This document shows, piece after piece, positions 17,834-26,103 of a stretch of DNA of 64,000 nucleotides. Under the pieces are notes generated by a model, which saw nothing but the letters and a program-made list of their open reading frames with translations, searched no databases and was not told the DNA's origin. The stretch's first letter is position 1. Every line of letters starts with the position of its first letter. The stretch is taken from positions 39,173 through 103,172 of IMG/VR virus record IMGVR_UViG_3300021426_000065; one strand, written 5' to 3'. This DNA comes from a virus (taxonomy: Duplodnaviria > Heunggongvirae > Uroviricota > Caudoviricetes). The position numbers and the translations under genes are program-made.

Positions 17834-18180
17834 TGCGTAAGCATCACTTTTTGCATAACGGTTAGAGGTCTTTAACTTTCGTGCCGGCAAATTAGTTAGA
17901 GTCGTTTAACTTATATACCGGCGCCAAAATTGTGCCTCTCCCACCACTAACATATTATCACATATCTGTCAAGTTGTCAAGAGGGAAATTGTTAAGAAAG
18001 TGTTACAATTTTATTACAATTTTATTACAAGTCTGTTGCGGAGTTAGTTCACTCTAACTAACTAATTGTGTCAATAATTTGACGCGCGGTCAAAATTATG
18101 GTATACTATATATAGAAAAGGAAAGGAGCAAGCTGGAAAGCTGGGCCTGTCAAGTATTTGACAAGCTGGATAAGCTGGAT

Positions 18181-18561
18181 ATGAAGATTATCGACTTTGA
18201 ACACAAAGGTAACGTCATCCGATTTTATTTAGGTGCGGACGAGCTGGAAAGCTGGTATGGCGACGATTGGGACGATGCTCCCTACGAGCACAACGCAGGC
18301 CGCGTATATGACGAGTTCGTGACGGGCCGCCACGACATGGTAGTCCCCTTTGACTATACCGTAATGGAGCCGTGCGACGGCCAGCTGAATAGCCGCTGGT
18401 GCAAGCTGGATATGGTTACGCGCGCGGTGCCTTGTATTATCATTGTGCCAGGTAAGCTGGAAGAAAAGCTTTGGTATAACAATAATTTTGATGATTACGT
18501 TGGCGCCGCGGAAGTTAAACGTATTTACTTTGGCGATAAGCTGGAACCAAACGTGGACTAA
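18181..18561 (+). CDS. Conserved phage hypothetical protein (WxGDDWDDAPYEHNAG motif)
   Basis: Motif-rich ORF downstream of promoter 18079-18107; start uncertain. Confidence 0.7.
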   Translation: MKIIDFEHKGNVIRFYLGADELESWYGDDWDDAPYEHNAGRVYDEFVTGRHDMVVPFDYTVMEPCDGQLNSRWCKLDMVTRAVPCIIIVPGKLEEKLWYNNNFDDYVGAAEVKRIYFGDKLEPNVD

Positions 18562-18635
18562 AATCCACGTTTATTTTTATATTGACAAGCTGCGCAATTT
18601 ATGGTATACTGAAAGTAGAATCTTTTTTAAAAATA

Positions 18636-19390
18636 TTGACAAATAATAAAAATTATGTTATAATAAAATTAAAAATAAAAATAAATAAAAATAAAATAAA
18701 ATCTAATTTTATTATACCATAATTTTTATTTTATGTCAAGCTGGACCTGCGCCTATTTTTCACGTCTTTAACGGAACTTCCGTTGTTGTAGATGCGGCTG
18801 CATAAAAATTATAACTTTTTTGGTGGAAAAAATTTTGTATATTTTTTTGACTACACCCCTCCCCCCTATATAGGTAGTCAAAAAAATATACACTTTTTTA
18901 TATATATAAATATAATATATATATAAAGAATATTATGAGCAATCCGCGAAGCGGATTGCGAATAATATTCTTTCGGCGGTACGCAGTACCGCGGCATCAA
19001 ATTGTTTAGGTATACTTTATTTTTTGTTTAGTATATGTAAACTTTTAGTATGTCAAATACTTGACAAGCTGCAATTCAATAATTTACTACATCAAATTGT
19101 GTCAAAAGTGTGTCAAAATGTAGTTGAAATGTGTCAAAATATAGTAGCAAAATGCAATTTTCACTACAAAAAAATCGTAGCAAACTGCTTGTGTGCGAAG
19201 GTGTTACGCGTAATTTTGGCACTCCTATCTATTATTACCCATTTTTTCCTATGCCGTCCAAAATTACCCACTACCAAAATTTTTTATATACCAAAAATTG
19301 CCCGTTCCGTTCTCCCGTCCCCTTCGTTTCTTTTAATTCATATAGAGATGTTTTCATATTAATAATATATTATTATATTTTATTTTCTTT
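18636..19390. other. Putative replication origin: AT-rich non-coding region with multiple inverted repeats
   Basis: 36-bp IR 18636-18671/18704-18739; perfect 18-bp IR 18837-18854/18874-18891; GNA-triloop hairpins 18925-18992; GTGTCAAAA x3 near 19099-19139; adjacent helicase gene. Confidence 0.5.
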
Positions 19391-19394
19391 ATAA

Positions 19395-20750
19395 TTATTT
19401 TTCTTCCAATTCCTACTTCGCGGCGACAAGCTGCAAGAATCCATTGTCATCGACTTCTACATCATGCCATTCGCCACATATATAATAGCATTGTTTGAGT
19501 TTGCCATCAACACGCTTCTTCTTTTCTTGTACCGTATATCCAATTGAAGGCAAGCAATCTTTTAGCTTGTTCCAACTCATAATACGATTGGTATTCTTAT
19601 TCTCTTTATCTAGGTCTGGAACGCTCATGTATTCCGCAAGTTCCCTACAACGTTCGAGCGGCAACCACGTATTAAGAAACTCGGAAGGGATTTCGGGTGC
19701 GAATACTTTTAAATGGCGTTGGTAATTAAATGTTTGACGAGCTGCCTAAATACGGTCAGTAGTATTTACAGAATCAACAATTAAGCGGTCAAAACGCTTA
19801 TCATTTATTGTAATTCCTCGCGCCAATGCCTTATTCACAATAACAAAATCATATTCTAATGGTACCATACCAGTTGTTACTATGGTGTTATATACGCGAA
19901 GTTGTTCTTCGGTCATTGGTTTATCCGTATTATTGGGAGAATGCAATTCAATCGCATGAAAACCTCGCGCTTTCGCGGCTTCAACCAAGCGCTAATTGGG
20001 TTCAATAAATGGTGAGAAGCACCAATAGCCGCGGTTTTCTTCTGGTTGAAGTTCATTTACATGCTATATAATATTGGTGAAGTAAACATCATTTAATGCG
20101 CGATAGCCCATCTCTAATTTACCCTAATAGCTTGCGCTGACAAGAGATTTATAATATGTGTAGGCACGTTCTGGTGATGCGGATAAACCTATACATAGAA
20201 TACGTCCATCCTCTATAATACGTTCCCATTCACCTAATATTATTAGTGGCATATATTCCTTCTTGGTTGAGAATGACTATATAACAGAAAGAACTTCGGC
20301 ATTAGATACTGTCTTGCGCGCAAAATCTGTACGTCGCGCGCGAACAAATGCTTGTGTAGCAAAATCAAATACGCTATCACATTCATCCCAACATATTACA
20401 TCAATTTGTTCAAGCCATTGTGTTTGATTATGCATGAACTCCATACCAAGACGCTAATAACACATTATACCTATTTTGTTTTCTTCTATGGAAAATGTAG
20501 ATGGTTCCCATAATATGTCAGCATCAGTACATGAATCACCATACGCGGCAATTATTGAATCTTTTAATGCGGTTGTATCTACTAGGAAAAGAATGCGACC
20601 AGCTTTATTATCGCGAGTAAAGCGCGTTAGATTATTAACTGCCCAATAAGTTTTACCTGTACGCACACCACAATCTAAGATATTGTAATCGCCGCGGCAA
20701 AATACAAGTTTGTTCTATAAATCTAAATCACTTACTTTGAGTTCATTCAT
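19395..20750 (-). CDS. SF2-like helicase / origin-binding-type protein, 451 aa (TAG=Gln)
   Basis: Walker A-like GVRTGKT, Walker B ICWDECD, ARGITI motif V-like; three track fragments join in one frame via TAG; TAA stop at 19395. Confidence 0.8.
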
Positions 20751-21019
20751 ATTTTTCACCTCATTTATATTATACCACATTTTATATTGATTTGTCAATG
20801 CTTTGATGTTGTTCCCGCGGCATCAAAAATGTGTCGGCAACGAAAGTTTCGTTCTCGTATTGCAATTTCATTTTGATTTCAATTTGCAATTTCAATTTCA
20901 TTTTCAATTCTATATACGCCCGAAAATTTCCCCCTTTAAAAACCCATAACCCCACCCACTTGACTTTTTTTAAAAATTGATGTATAATTATTATAAAGAA
21001 AGGGAAGGGGATTTGAAGT

Positions 21020-21721
21020 ATGGACGAAACTTTCAAGTTTTATTCTGAGGCTCTGGACTATGCGATTGAGAATAGTAATTTTTGGGCAAACTATTTCCTA
21101 TCCCCCTATTCGTTTGAGACTCCATTACCTGAGTTTACTATTGATGTAGATGTATGCTGCGGCATTTCTCGCTGCGCGCTCGTTAGTGATAGCATGGATG
21201 AGATTGTTAAGTTTGATTTCGGCGGCGAGTTTTGTCAGAATGAACTGAATATTTATCGCGCGGCAAAAGAGCAGCATCTGGATGAATGCTTCGCGGCGGT
21301 TAGGTATTTGGGAACGTATATTAAGCACATTCGTATCCCTGTAATTTGCGATTTGCCTTACTTTATGGACGAACTTTCAGTTTCAGATTCAATTGAAGAT
21401 AAGATTCTGGATGAGGGCGAAATGCAGGATTGCACGATATGCCTCCCCCTCTATGCGTATGAGAAAATAAGCCATTATTATTGTGGTTCTACCCCTATAA
21501 GTGATGATGATAAGAAGTTTTGCGGCCATAATAGTCCGCTGGTAGAACGCAGCACGGAAGTCGGCGCGGCAATTCGTCATTGCTGGGGCGATGAGGTATA
21601 TTGGGAACTTTCTGATTTCTGCAATGAGTGGAATATTAATGATTTGCATACTGGTAATGTTGGTTGGCGCGGAAATGAGTTTGTAATTATGGATTATGCG
21701 GGGTGGCATGATGAATTTTGA
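21020..21721 (+). CDS. Protein-kinase-like fold protein (relative of 10202..10699)
   Basis: CGISR, IVK, E, DLHTGN, IMDY. Confidence 0.75.
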   Translation: MDETFKFYSEALDYAIENSNFWANYFLSPYSFETPLPEFTIDVDVCCGISRCALVSDSMDEIVKFDFGGEFCQNELNIYRAAKEQHLDECFAAVRYLGTYIKHIRIPVICDLPYFMDELSVSDSIEDKILDEGEMQDCTICLPLYAYEKISHYYCGSTPISDDDKKFCGHNSPLVERSTEVGAAIRHCWGDEVYWELSDFCNEWNINDLHTGNVGWRGNEFVIMDYAGWHDEF

Positions 21722-22067
21722 GACAGTAGCGGTTATTTATATTGTAAAAAATGAAGTAGCAATTGATGCTAAAATCGGCAAATGGATGAACAAGTTTTAT
21801 CATAATGGCCCAGATTATGAGTGGGGCAGACGAGCAATTGAGAAGGTAATACGCAATGCAATTAATGATTACCTCATGCATTGCGACAATATGGGGTTAG
21901 AAGTTACTAGATATTTCTTATATCGTTATGAAAACTTTGTTCATGACGAGTTTAGTGCTATGGTACAATTTATACAGAACATACAAGTAAGACATAATGA
22001 TGAATATATTAATGGTTTCAGTGAAGAACTGTACACAGAAGCGAAAGAGAGTATGAGGGATATATGA
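21708..22067 (+). CDS. Hypothetical protein
   Basis: Operon-coupled ORF. Confidence 0.65.
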   Translation: MMNFETVAVIYIVKNEVAIDAKIGKWMNKFYHNGPDYEWGRRAIEKVIRNAINDYLMHCDNMGLEVTRYFLYRYENFVHDEFSAMVQFIQNIQVRHNDEYINGFSEELYTEAKESMRDI

Positions 22068-22378
22068 GTAAAGAAAAAGATATGCTGCACGACATCGCGG
22101 TTGAAGCACGACGCGAAAAGATTCATAACAGATATAAAGAATGGTTTGATGAAATGCTTGCCGCCGCGAAAGCGGGTAGATTTAGTATCTGTTGGCGCAA
22201 CACAGAAGAAGAGTTTCCACAAGAACTGGCGGAATATTTGTTTATTGATTTGGATTTTAAGTTTTATCGCCTTAGTAATAATAAACTCTTTGAAGGTGTA
22301 ATTGAAAATCTACGCTCCGGTTGGCGCGGTGACACCACTCCTTGTATGGCACCCGGGTATGTAGAGGTAAGTTGGTAA
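22064..22378 (+). CDS. Hypothetical protein
   Basis: ATGA overlap. Confidence 0.7.
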   Translation: MSKEKDMLHDIAVEARREKIHNRYKEWFDEMLAAAKAGRFSICWRNTEEEFPQELAEYLFIDLDFKFYRLSNNKLFEGVIENLRSGWRGDTTPCMAPGYVEVSW

Positions 22379-22647
22379 TGAATAAGAAAGACCTAAGATT
22401 TGAATGTACATGCTTTGCTTGCCCAGAACAGTATAATGTTTTATATAATGGTGATGTTGTTGCTTATGTACGACTTCGCGGTGGCTACCTATATTGCCGC
22501 TGCGGCGATACAGAAAGAATCTATGAGGCCTGGCCGCGCGGCGATGGGTGCTTCTGGGACGAAGAAGAGCGCGAACATTATTTAAATATTATTAAGAATA
22601 AAATTGTAGAATATTATACACGGAGAGATAGGTATGAAGATTTATAA
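22378..22647 (+). CDS. Conserved phage hypothetical protein
   Basis: TCFACPEQY...YVRLRGG motif. Confidence 0.7.
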   Translation: MNKKDLRFECTCFACPEQYNVLYNGDVVAYVRLRGGYLYCRCGDTERIYEAWPRGDGCFWDEEEREHYLNIIKNKIVEYYTRRDRYEDL

Positions 22648-22849
22648 GTGTGATAGATGCGGCCGCGAAATAGTAGAATCCTATTGGGATGATGTATTTG
22701 AAGATAAAGGATGGACAACCGCATGGTATGATGAATATGGCTTTCCTATTCAGTGGGAATATGATGAGAAAACTGGTTCGCACTATACATATCATCCAGT
22801 CACAATTAAACATTTTTGTCCAGCTTGTTATTATAGGAGTGACATATGA
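22634..22849 (+). CDS. Zn-ribbon protein (tandem copy 1)
   Basis: CDRCG...HFCPAC. Confidence 0.75.
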   Translation: MKIYKCDRCGREIVESYWDDVFEDKGWTTAWYDEYGFPIQWEYDEKTGSHYTYHPVTIKHFCPACYYRSDI

Positions 22850-23049
22850 AGATTTATAGATGTGATAAATGTGGCCGTGAAATAGTAGAAACTTTTGGAC
22901 GCGACGTATTAGATGATGAAGATTGGCTAACTATATATTATGATGAAAATGATGAGCCATTTCATTATTACTATGATGATGAATCAGAAAGATATTATAC
23001 TAAGCAACAAATTGCATATGTAAAACACCTTTGTCCTTCTTGTTACTAA
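22846..23049 (+). CDS. Zn-ribbon protein (tandem copy 2)
   Basis: CDKCG...HLCPSC. Confidence 0.75.
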   Translation: MKIYRCDKCGREIVETFGRDVLDDEDWLTIYYDENDEPFHYYYDDESERYYTKQQIAYVKHLCPSCY

Positions 23050-23111
23050 TACTTGACTTTTTTAACTTTCTATGTTATAATAATAACATAAAGAATAAAG
23101 GGGGAATTAGT

Positions 23112-23321
23112 ATGGGTATTCGTAATCTTGACGACCTGGCTCGCATGATTGCCAAGCGCGACGGCATCTCTATGCATGAAGCCAATACGCTAGTAGATGA
23201 TTGCGCAAATGAAATTAATGAACTCGTCGCAACAAATGAAGCCACCTATGATGAGGTCGCAGATATTATTGCGGATTATCTTGGGCTTGAACCTGATTAC
23301 ATGGATTTATTTATTTGGTAA
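23112..23321 (+). CDS. Conserved phage hypothetical protein
   Basis: RDGIS..EA...LGLEPDY motif; own promoter. Confidence 0.75.
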   Translation: MGIRNLDDLARMIAKRDGISMHEANTLVDDCANEINELVATNEATYDEVADIIADYLGLEPDYMDLFIW

Positions 23322-23332
23322 AGGAGAATAGT

Positions 23333-23707
23333 ATGGAACCATATTATAATGAAGACAAGACTAAAATTGCAGTTCTAGTGTCTGGTGGTTTCGGTGCTGG
23401 TTGGTCTACTTGGGGCGCCGAGTCTCTTGCTTGGGATAGCCGCGTAGTAGAATGGTGGCTTAATCATCATAGCCAGGAATATGGTCGCGCGCTTGAACAT
23501 TCCGGCCTGTTCCGCACTCCCCCATCGCGCGAATATGTTGAGTTTGCGGAAAAACTAAAAGAGTGGGGCTACGAGCATGTTTGCATGGGCGGCTATATTG
23601 ATATTTCTCTTCATTGGGTAGACCGCTATCGTAAATGGCGTATTGAAGAATATGACGGAAGCGAATATCTCGTCTACGCAGACGAAGAAAGATGGAACGA
23701 GTTCTAA
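23333..23707 (+). CDS. Conserved phage hypothetical protein
   Basis: SGGFGAGWSTW...IEEYDGSE motif. Confidence 0.78.
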   Translation: MEPYYNEDKTKIAVLVSGGFGAGWSTWGAESLAWDSRVVEWWLNHHSQEYGRALEHSGLFRTPPSREYVEFAEKLKEWGYEHVCMGGYIDISLHWVDRYRKWRIEEYDGSEYLVYADEERWNEF

Positions 23708-23951
23708 TACCGTATTCATATTGGATACATACAATCCCTACGGTATTGATAAGGATTCCGTGCGCTATGTTATATCTATAAATGACCGATAGTGGGCAAT
23801 TAAAGAAGTGGCATTAGATTGGGGCTTGCCGCAACTTATATTGCCTATTGGAGAAGAAGAGCCAGACCCGCACGTATTTTAGTTATATAACACACTAGAT
23901 GAAGCTATTGCCGCGGCAAAATATTTAAAAGTTTTAAATCGTGATAGGTGA
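23652..23951 (+). CDS. Hypothetical protein (two TAG=Gln)
   Basis: Fills the gap only under code 15; start uncertain. Confidence 0.5.
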
Positions 23952-23958
23952 TAAGATT

Positions 23959-24486
23959 ATGAATATGAATGTACTTAAAGATTTCCCGTATTGTAAGCGG
24001 TATTATTGGACCCATCCTTGGAAGTTTTTTAAAGAGTGCTGGGTTAATTTGCAGAACGCATGGATGCGCGCGACCAAAGGCTATTGCTATACCGACCTAT
24101 GGAATACCGATGATTGGTTTCTCACAGTTTTCCCGCGAATGCTGCGGCATCTAGCTAAGGACCACCAAGCATATCCAGGTTCGCCTCCGTTTGAAACACC
24201 CGAGAAGTGGGAACGGTGGCTTATTGAAATGGCAGAGAACCTAGAATATGCGGCTAGTGACCCCGATGAGGAAAATGAATACTCACAGCCATTTATGGAT
24301 GCCATGGATAACTGCCGCGAAGTCAACGATGAAACAAATACCGTTACTTATATGTTAGATGCCGCGGGTGAAGAACTAAAAGATAAGTATTTTAAGCGGT
24401 CAGAAGAACTTACTAAAACGCGGCAGGAAGTATTGGAAGATACGATGCGCGAATTAGCACAAAACCTGCGCGCTCTCTGGGACTAA
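23959..24486 (+). CDS. Hypothetical protein
   Basis: AGGTG RBS; long ORF. Confidence 0.75.
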   Translation: MNMNVLKDFPYCKRYYWTHPWKFFKECWVNLQNAWMRATKGYCYTDLWNTDDWFLTVFPRMLRHLAKDHQAYPGSPPFETPEKWERWLIEMAENLEYAASDPDEENEYSQPFMDAMDNCREVNDETNTVTYMLDAAGEELKDKYFKRSEELTKTRQEVLEDTMRELAQNLRALWD

Positions 24487-24490
24487 TAAG

Positions 24491-24676
24491 ATGATATTAC
24501 TTTCTCAAAAATGCGTCGGAAAAATAGATGAATGCCCCAATTGCGGCGCTGTATTTGCTTATGATATTGGTGATATTTATGAAAATAAATATCTCTACTG
24601 CCCGTAGTGTCGTACAAAGATTTTATCTCGTTTAGATTTAAGTTATGATGGAGTTATAAAGGAGAAAAAGGAATGA
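24491..24676 (+). CDS. Zn-ribbon protein (TAG=Gln)
   Basis: CPNC...CP(TAG)C: the TAG falls inside the second CxxC. Confidence 0.7.
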
Positions 24677-25026
24677 ATATTCTTTATTATGGTTTTCGCG
24701 GTGGAGCCGCAATACCTTATATTGGCTGGCCACTAATTGTTATTGGTGCTGGATTTCTTATTGTTACTTTTATTTGTTGGATACGTGATGCAATAACGAA
24801 CTCAGAGTTCGCGGGCGGGTGCCTTCTTAGCATATTCGCTGTAATACTAGGCGTAATTGCAGTAGTAGATACGCGCGTACCGATTGTCAAGGCAACAGTC
24901 AATAACGAAATACCGTGGGTAGAGGTAGCAAAAGATTATAAATACCTGGACCACGAAGGCGATATTTGTATCTTTGAGGTACTTAATACAACTGTTAGTG
25001 AATGGGAAACAAAAGTTAATGAATAA
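24673..25026 (+). CDS. Two-TM membrane protein
   Basis: Two hydrophobic helices. Confidence 0.72.
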   Translation: MNILYYGFRGGAAIPYIGWPLIVIGAGFLIVTFICWIRDAITNSEFAGGCLLSIFAVILGVIAVVDTRVPIVKATVNNEIPWVEVAKDYKYLDHEGDICIFEVLNTTVSEWETKVNE

Positions 25027-25162
25027 GAGATTTTTGTTCTGGACTATTTTTATTGTCGGATGGCCGCTATGGGGCGTGCTTGCAATTATTCTTGCATTCT
25101 CATTTGGAGTATGCGCTCTTGCAGATTTTTTATTTAATAAATTGTCGGAGAAGTATATATGA
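25019..25162 (+). CDS. Small membrane protein
   Basis: Hydrophobic ORF overlapping both neighbours. Confidence 0.55.
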   Translation: MNKRFLFWTIFIVGWPLWGVLAIILAFSFGVCALADFLFNKLSEKYI

Positions 25163-25677
25163 TTAATATTAGAAGAGGCACATTTGAAACCAACTCATCT
25201 TCATCTCATAGCCTTGTAGTATTTAAAGAGCCTAATGCCGCGGTCGATGACCAACTTTGGCGGCTTAATGATGAAGGTGTATTAGAGATTTTTGATGCTG
25301 GTGATTTAGAGTTTGGCCGCAGTCCATTTGAATTGCTTATTGATTGGTATCGTAGACTTTGTTATGCAATCGCTTCTTGCCCAGATAAAATTGAAGAAAT
25401 TGAAGCCGCATGTTATAGAAATCTGCCAGGGCTAACTGCAATTAAATATCCAAAAGAAAGATGGATTGGTATGGGCGGACCATATTATGGCTATGTTGAC
25501 CATCAGTCTGCTGGATTACTTGAACATTTTTTAAAACAACATCATATTTCTTTTGACGATTTCATCTTTAATAATAAATATATGGTTGTTATTGATGGCG
25601 ATGAATATTGTATTTTTAATACGTTGCGGCAGACACCTGCATGGAACGAAGATAGTGTGGAGGAAGTTTATGATTAA
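25159..25677 (+). CDS. FETNSSS-motif protein 1
   Basis: MINIRRGTFETNSSSSHSL; GYVDHQS. Confidence 0.8.
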   Translation: MINIRRGTFETNSSSSHSLVVFKEPNAAVDDQLWRLNDEGVLEIFDAGDLEFGRSPFELLIDWYRRLCYAIASCPDKIEEIEAACYRNLPGLTAIKYPKERWIGMGGPYYGYVDHQSAGLLEHFLKQHHISFDDFIFNNKYMVVIDGDEYCIFNTLRQTPAWNEDSVEEVYD

Positions 25678-26089
25678 TATTAGATATGGAACATTTGAAA
25701 CTAATTCTTCATCTGTACATAGCCTTATGATTGCGACAGATGAAGAATATAAGCAGCTAGTTGCGGGCACGCTATGCATTGATTCTTATAATGATGAATA
25801 TATCACTAGAACAGAGGCCACAAATCTACTATTGGCTAATGCTTCTGCCGAAGAACTTTCAGATTTTTGGCATAATGAACTTGAAGAAGATACAGAACTA
25901 ATTCCAACAGTAGAATGGTTTAATACTATTTCAATAGATGAGTTTGATGAGTTTCTTCGTGAGTTCTGTGATGGTATTCATTCTTTTGAGAACTATGGCG
26001 GCGAATACTACGAACGGTATGATGAAGAGTATACGTCTGAACATGGTGATAAGATTCATATTTTTGGCTACTATGGTCATGATTATTGA
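25670..26089 (+). CDS. FETNSSS-motif protein 2 (acidic)
   Basis: MINIRYGTFETNSSSVHSL; GGAGG RBS. Confidence 0.8.
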   Translation: MINIRYGTFETNSSSVHSLMIATDEEYKQLVAGTLCIDSYNDEYITRTEATNLLLANASAEELSDFWHNELEEDTELIPTVEWFNTISIDEFDEFLREFCDGIHSFENYGGEYYERYDEEYTSEHGDKIHIFGYYGHDY

Positions 26090-26103
26090 GGAAGGACGAT
26101 AAA

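Larger units (their letters stand above)
1980..18058. repeat. Family of 22 dispersed intergenic tripartite palindromic repeats (16-bp box, N6, GCCGGC, N6, 16-bp box)
   Basis: Two-box copies: 1980-2016 (variant), 2934-2983, 4205-4254, 5271-5320, 6493-6542, 7423-7472, 8025-8074, 8633-8679, 9436-9482, 10071-10120, 11451-11499, 12409-12458, 15886-15935, 16691-16740, 17491-17540, 17861-17910. One-box copies: 3418-3442, 4877-4904, 10707-10734, 14509-14536, 18043-18058. Core only: 13234-13239. Confidence 0.95.
2068..18130. promoter_or_regulatory. More than 30 near-consensus sigmaA promoters (TTGACA-N17-TATAAT/TATACT, often TGn extended -10, A/T-tract UP elements), roughly one per gene
   Basis: e.g. 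TTGACA 2639-2644 with TATAAT 2662-2667; 4277-4305; 5219-5247; mirror-image TGTCAA...ATTATA before minus-strand genes. Confidence 0.9.

Noticed and set aside
1980..18058. CRISPR array
   Set aside because: Repeats are degenerate, separated by 0.1-1.4 kb of genes rather than 30-40 nt spacers, and no cas genes are present.
1980..18058. Canonical integron (intI, attI, attC)
   Set aside because: No integrase in the window; cassettes have own promoters and both orientations; spacers lack attC-type complementarity. Retained only as an analogy.
19024..19394. Track ORFs 19024..19362 and 19131..19394
   Set aside because: No RBS, low-complexity translation, located within the origin-like repeat region.
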